64,000 nt of DNA from Zygnema circumcarinatum SAG 698-1b (taxonomy: Eukaryota > Plantae > Zygnematophyceae): positions 2,604,001 to 2,668,000 of the forward strand of contig CM074804.1 in the NCBI GenBank assembly GCA_037447605.1, read 5' to 3'. Of this stretch, positions 52,905 through 64,000 are shown one piece after another. The position numbers were made by a program, and so were the translations under genes. How positions within the stretch are numbered: the first letter of the stretch is position 1; every line of letters starts with the position of its first letter. The notes below the pieces were generated by a model. It ran no database searches and had not been told where the DNA came from. It saw only the letters and a list, made by a program, of their open reading frames with translations.

Positions 52905-55900
52905 ATGGGACAGAGGCCATGGCTGGCGCTTTTCCTCGCGCTCTGCGGCGCCGCATACTTCGGTGGCATGCACGCACATGCGCACCGCCGGCCATCCAAC
53001 AAGCCTGCTCACCCGACCCGCTTCTCTCCCTCCCTGGAGGGAGAGGGGCTTCAGAGGGAGAGCGCACTCACACAGCAGGTGCTCCTCTTGCGGCTTTGCG
53101 TCAATAGAGTAGTGATCCACAAAGGTGTTCCATTTTTGTTAATTCTTCGATGCCGAGTAGCTTTTTGTTGCTAGAAGGGTGAGGCCTCAATTCATTCCAC
53201 CTAATGTGAGGAGGGTACGCTGTGCAGGCAATCCATGGCGGAGGCGGTTTGGCGATCTTTGACGCGTCGGGTGTGGAGTTGGAAGTGGCGACCGCCACGG
53301 CCTTTGCGCACTTGGGCGTGTTCGCGGAGCCCCACAAACCCACCGCCTTCTGTGAGCGCTCTCACTATGGACCCTCCTCCCCATCTTCATAAAAACTTGA
53401 GCTTTCCTCCATATGGGCACATGCTGAGTAAGGGCTCCCTTCTCCTTCGCTTTTGGACCCCACAGCGTTCAGCCTCTTCAAGCAAAACCGCAACATTTCA
53501 GAGGGGTGGCTCCTCCACGCAGAGGGGCCCAAGGGACAACAAATTTTTGGGCGTCAAGGAAACATCACGTTCTACGAGCCCGGTCAGCAGCATCTCAAAG
53601 TTTCCGCCTGCCCGATCTCCGCCGACTCCTCTGAAGACTGCTCGACGGGCGCAAGCACGGCGGTGGGTAGAACCTACTTCCCAAAGAATTCCCACAAGGG
53701 GTTGGGTTCTCGAGACTCTTTGAGTGCTGGAGAACACGCTTCTTGTCCTTGTTAACGCGATTTTGGACCATTCGATATTCCTACGACTATTTGTTTTGTT
53801 TCCATGTTTTCCACCTTGTTGCCAGACCTTCCTCGTGTCTGTGCGTGTCAACTACGTCCGCAGGAGCATACGCTCTCTTGACAAAGCCGAGTTGGAGAAA
53901 TACTTTTCGGCCATCAAAGTGATGCGGAACCACACCACAGAAGGAGGCCAGGCCATATTTGGCCCGAGGTATTGCCCTTTCAGGCGTACCATCCCGCCCC
54001 TCCCTCCCTCCCTCCCTCTCTTTCCACGATTTTCCTTCCTTATTTTTGCAACCCTGTCCCCCATCTGTCCATATCTATCCGCTCTCGGTTGATCTCCTTC
54101 CCCCTTCCTGCTCTCCCACAGCGGCTCGTCCATGGGACTTTCTCTGAGGAAAATTGTCATTTGGAGAAGCGCCACCCTAAGACAATGCCGCTCCACGCGT
54201 TGTTTCCGCGCAGGTTCTACAGCTACATGGAGATGGCGGCACTCCACACCGCGGCCGTGTGGGTGAAGGCATCAGAGTGCGATTTCGGCCATCACGGGCC
54301 CGCCTTCGTCACCTTCCACCGCGCTTTTCTGCGCATGTTCGAGCTCTCACTCCAGGTGCATTGCTCTCCCAATCATGGGGCCCTTCCGACAGGCCTGCTT
54401 TACATAACAATAAATCATGATGCTTCATATTTTAGGTGGTGTATCTGTGGTTACAGCGCGGGCGCTTCTAACGTCAGCTTTATGTGGTGGGGCAGTCCAT
54501 AGATCCCAGCCTCGCTATGCCGTATTGGGATTACTTGAATGAGAAGGATCCACTGCAAAGCTTTTTCTTTTCAGACGGCTATTACGGAAACTACACAGGG
54601 GACCCCCTGAATGACTATCAAGGTAACATCTGCATGTTTTTTCCTTCTTGTCATTGAGATGTCTTGTGTACGTTGCTTCATGTAACAGAATTTTTTTACT
54701 ATAGCAGTGCTTGGACGGTTCCGATTTCATCATGTCTCCCTCCGTGCAGTCCTCAGTCCTCGAGCTAGTTTTGTTTTATTTTTTATTTTTTTGCATTCAT
54801 TTTGCTTCGTGGATCTCATCTCCATGGTTGCAGTTGTTACGGGTCAGTTCGCGAACTGGACAGTACCATCAGGCACGGAAGCGTTAGCGCTCTCAAAGTT
54901 GACGTGGGGAAGGCTGGGCCCAAGCAATACAACAAACGCCTATGGCTTTCTCCGAGGGTCAGTTCACATGGCTTGCCCAACTCCGTCAGTCGACATTGTC
55001 TCCGACTTTCCCATGCAAGCTTAGGCAATTTGGAAACTAGAGCCTGTCTCCGTTGTACCCTTATCGTGAACATGTGCGCTTATTGCGTTGCAGACCTGAT
55101 AATGTGAACAAGGCTCCTTTCATCACACGATACGGCCCTCGATCCTCGTCAAGTCCACCAAACATTACAACCTGGGAAACTTGTGCAGAGAAGAATGTGT
55201 TCGGCGACCATATTCGTTGCTTAGATACTTCCAGTAAGCAGCACTCAACTCCATTTCTACTTTTTCAGTCGAAGGATCGCATAAATTCCGCCATTGGACA
55301 CGCAGCAGTTTCTGTAAAGACTTGGTTTTTGTTCGTTATCTGGAGGAGCATTGCCAATTTTGGATAGTAACTGGTGGACCTCCTCACTGTGCAGGCACGC
55401 ATCCTTTCTATCATTCATGCATAGGCGGCTCGTACGGTGTTCCAAAGTTCGAAGAGGTCGTTGGCGAGCTGAACTGCTCCGCTTTCGCAACTCTCGACGA
55501 CTGCGAGACCGCCTTTAATTTGGCCGTAACGGCCGGCGGGCTGTATCGGAGTCAGGGCGTGAGAGAGGGATGCATTGTATGCGACAAACGTTGCACTTTG
55601 GATCAGCCGTTGCAGGACTGCGGCTGTCGATGTGACATTGTGAGCACTTGTTCCATAAGACAGGAAATCATGCAAGAAATGGACATTCTTTCTTTCCTTA
55701 CAGTGCAATGCACATGTTTGTTGATAACTGCTCGGATGCGATAGGGTTAGATCACTATGAGACAAATAGAGTAGCTGCATGCACATCTCGAACTAGTCCT
55801 TTCAACTTTTAAAATGAAGGTATCATGCCGAAACTTATGCAGCCAAAAAGCACATATTCCAGAATGAGAAGTTCAAACGTAAGCTAAAATGTAAGCTACC

Positions 55901-56915
55901 AGTGGACCATAAGAATGGGTCGACCTCATCACTCTTACTGTGGGTGAATAGTTTGGCTTTAACTCATCTTCCCTCGGTAACTCTTCTACAATCTTTCCTT
56001 AAGTTGTTTGTCTCGCGTGTTCAGGAAACGCCGATGTGCTTGCCTGCGAACGCCATCACCCGGTTGGCCCATAAGTTTCATCTGGAGCTGTCCGAGGCTC
56101 TCACCGAGCACTTGGAGTTCACACTCTACGGCATGTGCAGCGTTTCGAGAACCGTGGGAGACTACCTCGGTAGGCTCTTCTTCTCTTCTCCCTTTTCGAG
56201 TTCTCGTGAGGGCTGTACGGAGAGGGGAGAGCAAGGACAAGGGAGCGAAGTGGGCGACGGAGATAGACGAGGGTGTGGAGGGAGGGAGGGAGGGAGGAGA
56301 AGACGGGCAATGAGGGACAAGTGAGAGCGGGGTAGAGAGAAAGAGAGGGGGTGGAGAGGGATTGGGAGGGTGAGCTAGAGTTATGAAGAAGAAAACGACA
56401 AGAGAAAGTGAGGTGGGCAGAGAAGGAGAATGGCTTAACCCGCAACCTTATTTCTTTTGTGGCTGTGTGAATTGTTCGATGTGTTATTCAACAATGCAGA
56501 CAACGCTGTGGCTGCCGTTGATCCGGTGTTCTATCCCATCCACACCAACATCGACCGCCTCATTGTCTCGTGGCGCCTGCGCTTCCCCGACAGGCCCTGG
56601 AACGAGACGGGCTTCACATTTCCCAGCCTCGACCCGCGAGTGTACCCCGACTTTGGGAGCATGACCAACATTTTGGAGGCGGGCAGAGTCCATCCCGGCG
56701 TGGTGTGGCCCGGAAACGGCAACCCTTCAGGCGCGTGCGCTGGTCACGGCCTGTACGATGAGATCGCGGATGGAAGCTTCATGAATGTCTTCAGGTCCCT
56801 CCCTGCGGACCAACCGCACACGAACTTGGATGTGTTGGAGACTATCGACATGGAGCTCGCACACCCGCACTTAGCGGACTATATATACGATCGATACGAA
56901 CTGCAAGAATCTTAG
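52905..56915 (+). CDS. Secreted tyrosinase-like type-3 copper protein, 658 aa, 11 exons
   Basis: Exons 52905-53078, 53228-53351, 53466-53662, 53826-53968, 54214-54355, 54496-54622, 54834-54957, 55094-55233, 55395-55639, 56025-56169, 56500-56915 (1977 nt, in frame). CuA ALH...GHHGPAFVTFHR, PYWD, CuB THPFYHSCIGG...DPVFYPIHTNIDRL, and a hydrophobic N-terminal signal. Confidence 0.9.
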
Positions 56916-57587
56916 TGGTCAGAATCGGGCATTCTGACCACTAAGATTCCTAGGGCGCCGGTCCTCTGCGCGGCAGAACATTTGTACATACATGTTGTAC
57001 ATTGGAGTTAGGGCAACGCATGCTAGCAGGTCTCCGTAGCAGATTTTTCAAAATGTAAATATCCAAACGGGGCCTCCCATTTTGTATTCTTTTTGCACGC
57101 TGCCGTTTTGCCACGCAATCCCTTTGTCCCGGCCCTTTCTGTGAGCCCTTCTTTGCCCGCTCCCCATCTGAAGCATGCGCCCATCGCCCTCCCAACGAAA
57201 TTTATTTGTGAAAATTTTCCCCTTCGAATTTCCGTTCTTGTTGAGGCCCTCTCCGGAGGACGTCAGCGGTAAGCTCCGAATTCTCGGCATTCTATGCAGC
57301 GCCGCGGGACGACGTCGTTCCGTGCGGTCGTTCCCTGTTGGAGTTCCAGTAAAGGGGGCGGTTTCTTTTTCTTGTTGCACAGAATCAACTTCTAAATTTC
57401 GAGCATGGATCCTCCTTCCTGGGCGGCCCGCAGAGCCAGAGAGAACAAATTCAGGTCCAAATTGCGTACATTTCATACGTACTGACTGGGGATGGATATT
57501 AGAACGCAGTGTCATTTGTTCCCAATGCTCCTTTTGTCCATTTACATTTGATGGCATCGCCATCGTGAGTTCAATGCAACATCCTTT

Positions 57588-58447
57588 CACAGATCGGACC
57601 ATTAGACAAACCAGTCGACTGGTTGGCAACCAGTGGTTGCGGACCGAAACAACCATTCGACTGGTTGCAACCAGTGGATGCCACTGGTTGGCAACCATTC
57701 GACTGGTTTGGAACCAGTGGATGCCACTGGTTGGCAACCAGTGCCGCCGGATCGAAACAACCATTCGACTGGTTGCCAACCAGTGGCATCCACTGGTTCC
57801 AAACCAGTCGACTGGTTGCCAACCAGTGGCATCCACTGGTTCCAAACCAGTCGACTGGTTGCGAACCAGTGGCGCAGGACTGAAACAACCATTCGACTGG
57901 TTTGGAACCAGTGATCCAATGGTTGGCAACCATTGAATTTCTGAAATTATGCCTTTTGCAAAAATGGGTCGTTTGTGTTTTTTTGTTGGTTGCCAACCGT
58001 TGACAACTAGTGTAACAAGCCTGATGCGTACAGATTCGTACAGCAGAATCGTACGGTTGTACGGGGATTCTGTACGGCCGAACCGTAATAGTTTTCTCCG
58101 AAACGCCGACGGCATTTTGGTAACTGTAGCGTTCAGTTCGCTACAACTAGTGATTTAATGGTTGCCAACCATTTGATTTAATGGATGTAACCATTCGACT
58201 GGTTGCCAACCAGTGCCGCCAGATCGAAACAACCATTCGACTGGTTGCCAACCAGTGGCATCCACTGGTTCCAAACCAGTCGACTGGTTGCCAACCAGTG
58301 GATCCACTGGTAGGCAACCATTCGACTGGTTGCCAACCAGTGGTTGCGGACCGAAACAACCATTCGACTGATTGCCAACCAGTAGACGTCCAACCATTGC
58401 CATCCAATGGTTGTCCAATGGTTGCCGATCCACTGGTCCGAACTGTG
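57588..58447. mobile_element. hAT-like MITE, 860 bp
   Basis: TIR CACAG(A/T)TCGGACCA; 8-bp TSD CATCCTTT at 57580-87 and 58448-55; modular AACCA/TGGTT interior. Confidence 0.85.
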
Positions 58448-59638
58448 CATCCTTTTCAAGTGTCGTGTTTTAGAATTCCAATAAAGAATTCTGAGAGTCA
58501 ATCCGTTTTATTGGCAAATGATACTGCCCCCCCCCATTTCGGATATCCCGCCCCCGGCATGTGTTTTTTTTTTTGGGAGAAAAAGATATCCACCTGCCCG
58601 AATCCGTTCGGAGCGGAAGATCCGTCAGCCACGAGATTGTTCGCGGGTGTCCGTCCTTTTACACTTGTGTTTATGTTTCACCGTCGATTCTCTTGCCGAT
58701 CGCACCAAGTTGACCGTTCGATCTCCAGCCGGCCTCGGTCTCAGCGAATGGCAGGTGCCCACGGGTCGAGACAAAGCCGGCTCAAAAGGTGGTCCGTACA
58801 AAAGTCGTATAGTCGCAGCTTCGGGGAAAGGCGAAATACGGTAAAAAAAAAAAAAAAAAAACTTAGCGAGCCTGGACCAAAGACAATTTGCCACGTCATC
58901 CAAATTAACACGTGGCCGATATTTATTGGCCGCCGGCTTCCAAAGGCGACCCGCCACAGGCTGGCCGGTCCAGCTCATAATTTTGCGGAGATCTCAGGGA
59001 CGCACGCACTCGCACGCGCGAGTTGGCTTTGGCAGGATACGTGGGCATGTGCCATTCGCTTGGACCGAGCCCGGCTGCAGATCCAACGGTGATCTGCCGT
59101 GGTGCGATCTGCGATAGAGTCGACGGCGGAGATTCACCACCCGTGAACGATCTCGTGGCGGACGGATCTTCCGCTCCGAGCGGATTCGCGCAGGCCGATA
59201 TTTTTTTCTCTCAAAAAAAAATCAGGGGTAAAATTTGTCGACGGAACAAGGTGTGTATCGATTCCAAAAGGGTGTGAAAAAAGTATTTTCTGTTAATCTT
59301 TTTTTGTCTATTTTTAAATCTGCCCAGCGAAAAAAGGTAAAAAAGGTGTGAATTTAGCACTACCCCCTTTTTTTGTTTTCAGCATTTCGTACCGAAACTA
59401 GTACGGACGATTGGAAGTTGAGTTGGATCCGCAGGTGTCCGCGACGGACGGTGTGATACGGTTCAGCGGAGCAAGTACTGTACGGCAGTAATGGCTCTGT
59501 ACGACGACACCTGTCCGTTACGTCGCCGACAGTTTCGTTAGTACAGAAACGACATGAGAGATACTGTACGTACAGTAGGTACGAGAGTACGATGAACGGT
59601 CACTCACTTGTCGCTTTCCAACCCACTCGCAAATCCTC

Positions 59639-60172
59639 CACAGGTCGGACCAATGGATCGGCAACCATTCCAACCATTGGATGGCAATGTTTGGACGTCT
59701 ACTGGTTGGCAACCAGTCGAATGGTTGCCAACCAGTGGCATCCACTGGTTCCGAACCATTCGAATGGTTGTTTTGATCCTTTTGCAAATAGTTTGCAACC
59801 AGTTGAATTGTTGGCAAGCATTGGATCCAATGGTTCGCAACCAGTCGAATGGTCGCCAACCATTGGCATCCACTTGTTCCAAACCAGTCGATGATTGTTT
59901 CAGTCCGGCGCCAATGGTTCGCAAACCAGTCAAATGGTTGGCAAGTATTGGCATCTACTGGTTACGAACCATTCGAATGGTTGTTTTTATCTAGCGCCAA
60001 TCGTTGGCAACCAGTCGAATGGTTGGCGAGCATTGGATCCCATGGTTCCGAACCAGTAGAATGGTTGCCAACCATTGGCATCCACTGGTTCCGAATCATT
60101 CGAATGTTTGTTTAGATCCGTCGCCAATGGTTGGCAACCAGTCAAATGGTTGGTCTAATGGTCCGACCTGTG
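59639..60172. mobile_element. hAT-like MITE, 534 bp, same family, opposite orientation
   Basis: Perfect 14-bp TIR CACAGGTCGGACCA; 8-bp TSD AAATCCTC at 59631-38 and 60173-80. Confidence 0.88.
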
Positions 60173-60814
60173 AAATCCTCCTCCAACGAAAACTTTTTCA
60201 AAACCCATATATACCCGTCGTTTAGTCGCTTCGTTCTGGCAGATTTCTCATCTTAGCCCAGAATTAGTTGGAACCTTTGGACCTTGGCAAGTTTGCAGTC
60301 ATCGGCCCCCCGGCCGGTTTGCAGTTTGTGTTTAACCTCCTTCAGCGTGCACTCGTTTCGAACCCGTGACACAAATTTGTGCCTCAACGTTTCAATAAGC
60401 CTTAAGTAAATCAAATCCCAATTTCTCGCAAAAAAGTCTTACGGCAACGAGTAAGCTTTTCATGACTCCGATAACTAAAATATGGAACTTAAAAAAGCTT
60501 AAACAGGAAAACAAAGAAGAGGCTTAAAAAATGTTAATAATACGGAAGTGAATTACTGATCTCTATGTGAAGGTCAAGCACAGTCCTTCACGAACAATAC
60601 AAACCCTAGAATTTTTTCTTCGACTCTGAAATCTCTACGCTTTGCAAATCCTACATAATTTCCAAACTTCGCTGACCTTCGTTTTATTATGTATTTTGAA
60701 TTGGGTAAATTTTATCACAGAGTAAACGGCTCTGAATTGCTATGGAGTTTGTTACAAGCGTTCTCGGAGATCACGGGCCGAGGCCTCCTCAAGACTATGG
60801 TGGTTCCTCGTATT

Positions 60815-60944
60815 GACCCTACACCCTACACCCTACACCCTACACCCTACACCCTACACCCTATATCACCTAGAGCCTAGAGCTTAGAGTCTCTAGCTTA
60901 GAGCATAGTGCCTACAGCCTAGAACCTAGATCCTAAACTCTAGC
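60815..60944 (+). repeat. Telomere-variant heptamer array (CCCTACA)n grading into CCTAGAG-type heptamers
   Basis: accctacaccctacaccctac... followed by cctagag, cttagag, cctagaa, cctagat, cctaaac. Confidence 0.85.
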
Positions 60945-61429
60945 GCCACACCACAATCGGACCGTGGCTGCCAACTTCGCCCCGCCAACTCGCGGTTTGC
61001 AGTTCCCTGTTTTCGCTCTGACCGCCGAGCCCAAATTTCGGGCCCAACGCCGCAACCCGCGGTCCCGGTGTGCACCAACTCCCGCCTCGCCAACCCCCTG
61101 GTCTCGGCCGCCCGCCCGCCCGCCTCGGTCGGTCCCGAGTCGGTCGGTCGGTCGGTCGGCGGGCGGCCTACGGGCCAGCGCCAGCGCCAGCGCCGGCCCC
61201 GGCCCGTCCCTGCCTGCGCCTTGAGGGGGTTCCGTGTCGACCCGCAATGGAAGGGCGAGCCAGGCGGAGCGCGCCCTCAGGCGGGGGCTGGGCCGCGGCT
61301 GCTGTTGGTGGTGGTGCAGGGGGAGGCGGAGAGGGAGGGGGAGGGGGAGGGGGAGGGGGAGGGGGAGGAGGAGGAGGGGGAAGCGACAAGAAGTCCGAGG
61401 GGAGTGCGTCCGTCAGCGAGGGGCGGAAA

Positions 61430-63781
61430 ATGGCGCCTGCTGGCGTCAGCGGGGGGCTCGGAACGGCGGGCGCGCTGACGCTTTCCGTGGTGTCGTCGGT
61501 CTCCATCGTTATCTGCAACAAGGCGCTCATGAGCGCGTTCAAGTTCAACTATGGTGGGATTGCAGGCTATTGTTGGCACTGATCGTTTCTTTCTTGTTGC
61601 AGGCCTTGCAGATCACGCGTCTCCTGGTCTCAGCTTTTTGGGATTTTTTCTTGACGTCTGCATTCATGTTAGGGCGTATTGTACGAGATATGGAAGAGTC
61701 TGAAAAATGCATTGTCCGCAAGTCGGATTTGTACTACATTACGAGGTTTCCAAAAGCATTTTTTTCGCACTTTCGGATCTGTTTGAAGCGTTCAGTTTAT
61801 ATCTTATGCGTTTTCTTGAATATTGATCAGGGACTGTGCTTGAAGCCTCGTCTGAGCAACGAGCTCTTCTTCTTTCTTACATGCTGCGACGTTCAGGGCT
61901 CTCTGAAGCATTCGCTTTTGCTTTTTGGCGTTGCTTTAAGCATTCCACGGATACCATTTGCAGTGCTTGGATCATTTTTCCATCAGTATTGAGTTACCTC
62001 ATACCTTCGCTCCCACTTCCAGATCCCTTTTTTTTCCAGCATTGCCGACTTCTTCTCATCCTGAAATCCTTCACCGGTTGTCTCTTACTGTGCCTGAAAC
62101 ATTTCTTTTTATTTCCATTTTTTCTTCATTTCATTTGCTCGTTGAGCTGATGTTACTCTGAAGCATTCTGGCATTTTAGGTCCTGCTCCATTGATTGTTT
62201 GACCTTTTTGACCTGTCTGAAGGCATTAAACCTGCGCCATTTGATTGGCTTTTTTCAATTTTTCCTTACATTTCTTCAGGTGCTTGTTGAGCCGCTTTTA
62301 TCCACAGAAAGATCTCTTTTCCCTTTACTAGAAACAAGTCAAGTTAATTAACCACTTAATTTTCTCGATATTTTGTTACCTATGTGCAAACTGACGATGC
62401 CGTCTCCCTGTATGCTCTTGAAAAAGAAAAATTATAAACGTGCAGAGCGGAATAAAAACACCTCCTTTTCTTTTCTTGTCGGATTTTCCTCAATTTCTTA
62501 ATCCGCCTTCATTATTTGGCTGCATGCAGCTACTACTTTGACGAGCTGGCATCTCGCTGTCACCTTTTTATCCCTTCACTTTTTTCGGAAAATCGGATTC
62601 TTCGAGCACAAACCCATAGACTGGAAAGTAGTGATGGGTTTTGGAATTCTGAACGGTGCTTCCATTGGGCTTTTGAACCTCTGCCTCGGCTTCAATTCCG
62701 TCGGATTTTATCAGGTAATAGCGCCAAACACATGTTCTTATGATTTTTTCTCCGTCGCTGTGTATGGATCGGGATCCATAGCGGCTATACATTCGATGTC
62801 ATCAGCCAATCCAGGTTTGCCACGTAAGCATTTTGTCTGATTCGGCAATCTCTGATTGGATTGGACCAATCGGTACTGGGTACCCTCAATGGAATTCAGC
62901 CTTATCTCAGTTCCTGGTAACAGTTTGTGTCTTGCTTGCCTTGTTTCATGCTTGATCTATTTTTTGTTATGTCAATCTTGCTGTATAGGGAGGGAAGCCA
63001 AGTCATACACTCTTTTTTCCCCCCACTCTCTCTCTCTGTCTTCCCCCTCTCTCCCTTTTGCTCCCAACATCGCCCTTTTGTGTGTCTTTCTCCGTCCTCT
63101 CTCGCTTATGGGCACTCTTCATCACTCTGTGTGTTTCTCACTCTCTCTCTCCCTTTTGCTCCTTCTCCCTCTCGCTCTGTTTCTCTCCCGAAGGGCTAGC
63201 ATAATAACTCTTGGAAGCATCTTTTGGCTGTGTGTGGGCAGATGACAAAGCTGGCGATCATTCCGTGCACAGTACTGCTGCAGACTCTCTTCCTCAACAT
63301 GAGATTCAGGCGCGAAAACCATTACACTGTCCTTCACTAACTCTAGTTTTCATGAAGCCGAAATTCAGTCCCAAGGGCAAACCTAGCCAATCAATTCAAA
63401 CCCCAACGTTTTCCTGCCAAATTTCCTCTGAAACCCCTTCAAAACCCTTAAGCTCAAACCCTATATGCCCCATTGATGGTTTGTTTGAGGAAAGGAACCC
63501 CGACTCAATTCAACCGCTGTAAACCTACTCAATATACCTTTACCCCCCGTCTCCCCCACAATAATAAGCTCCTCCCATTTGGAAAACCTGAAACGTTAAA
63601 CCCTAATTGATAACTAAACCTAATGGATGGTTTGCTTTGGGGGTGCAGCTCTTCCGTACAGCTCTCTCTCCTGCTGCTCCTTTTGGGCGTGGGCATTGCC
63701 ACTGTCACAGACCTTGAGCTCAACTTTGTCGGAACTGTGCTCGGAATCTTGGCCATCCTTACGACTTGCGTCGGTCAAATT
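61430..63781 (+). CDS. UXT: Nucleotide-sugar transporter, UDP-xylose transporter-like (TPT family); continues off the right end
   Basis: Exons 61430-61553, 62530-62714, 63242-63309, 63649-63781. GTAGALTLSVVSSVSIVICNKAL, ATTLTSWHL, GFNSVGFYQMTKLAIIPCTV, LLGVGIATVTDL match plant UXT sequences. An in-frame ATG at 61247 could add a Gly-rich extension. Confidence 0.92.
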
Positions 63782-64000
63782 GTATCCTCTCTTATGTCTA
63801 TGCTCACTCTCTCTTCCCCCCTCTCTTCTCTCTCTTCTCTCTCCGAACGCATACATACAGAAATGCAAGGAGATTGTTGATTTGCAGCGGATGTAAACTT
63901 CTGTAATCTGTTTGGGCCCTTCTATGCATTAAGTAAAACTTATCTACCGTGGTAAGCCACGCATTTCATCTAGGGAATGCATTTTTTCACTTGAACCCTT

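Overview
Eukaryotic nuclear DNA of the green-plant lineage. Plant-type genes, many short GT-AG introns and degenerate TTTAGGG tracts suggest a streptophyte alga (inference). 1-21 kb is gene-rich: two paralogous organic-cation (OCT/MFS) transporters, a divergent HAD-IIA/PGLP-like protein with its catalytic Lys replaced and a long RG/PT-rich tail, an NADPH 2-alkenal reductase and a LEA_1-like gene. 21-34.7 kb is a nested transposon stack: a Tc1/mariner(pogo)-like element with 28-bp TIRs and TA TSD, whose internal (CA)n tract holds a ~7-kb Ty3/gypsy chromovirus and a solo-LTR-like insert. ~35.6-61.1 kb is a large imperfect palindrome centred beside a 100-N gap. It carries two divergently oriented secreted tyrosinase-like genes (right intact, left disrupted), a decayed Ty1/copia element and several MITEs. 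A UDP-xylose-transporter-like gene starts at 61.4 kb and runs off the window. N gaps and indel-rich patches mean some structure may be assembly-derived. Exon calls are manual and no database search was run.
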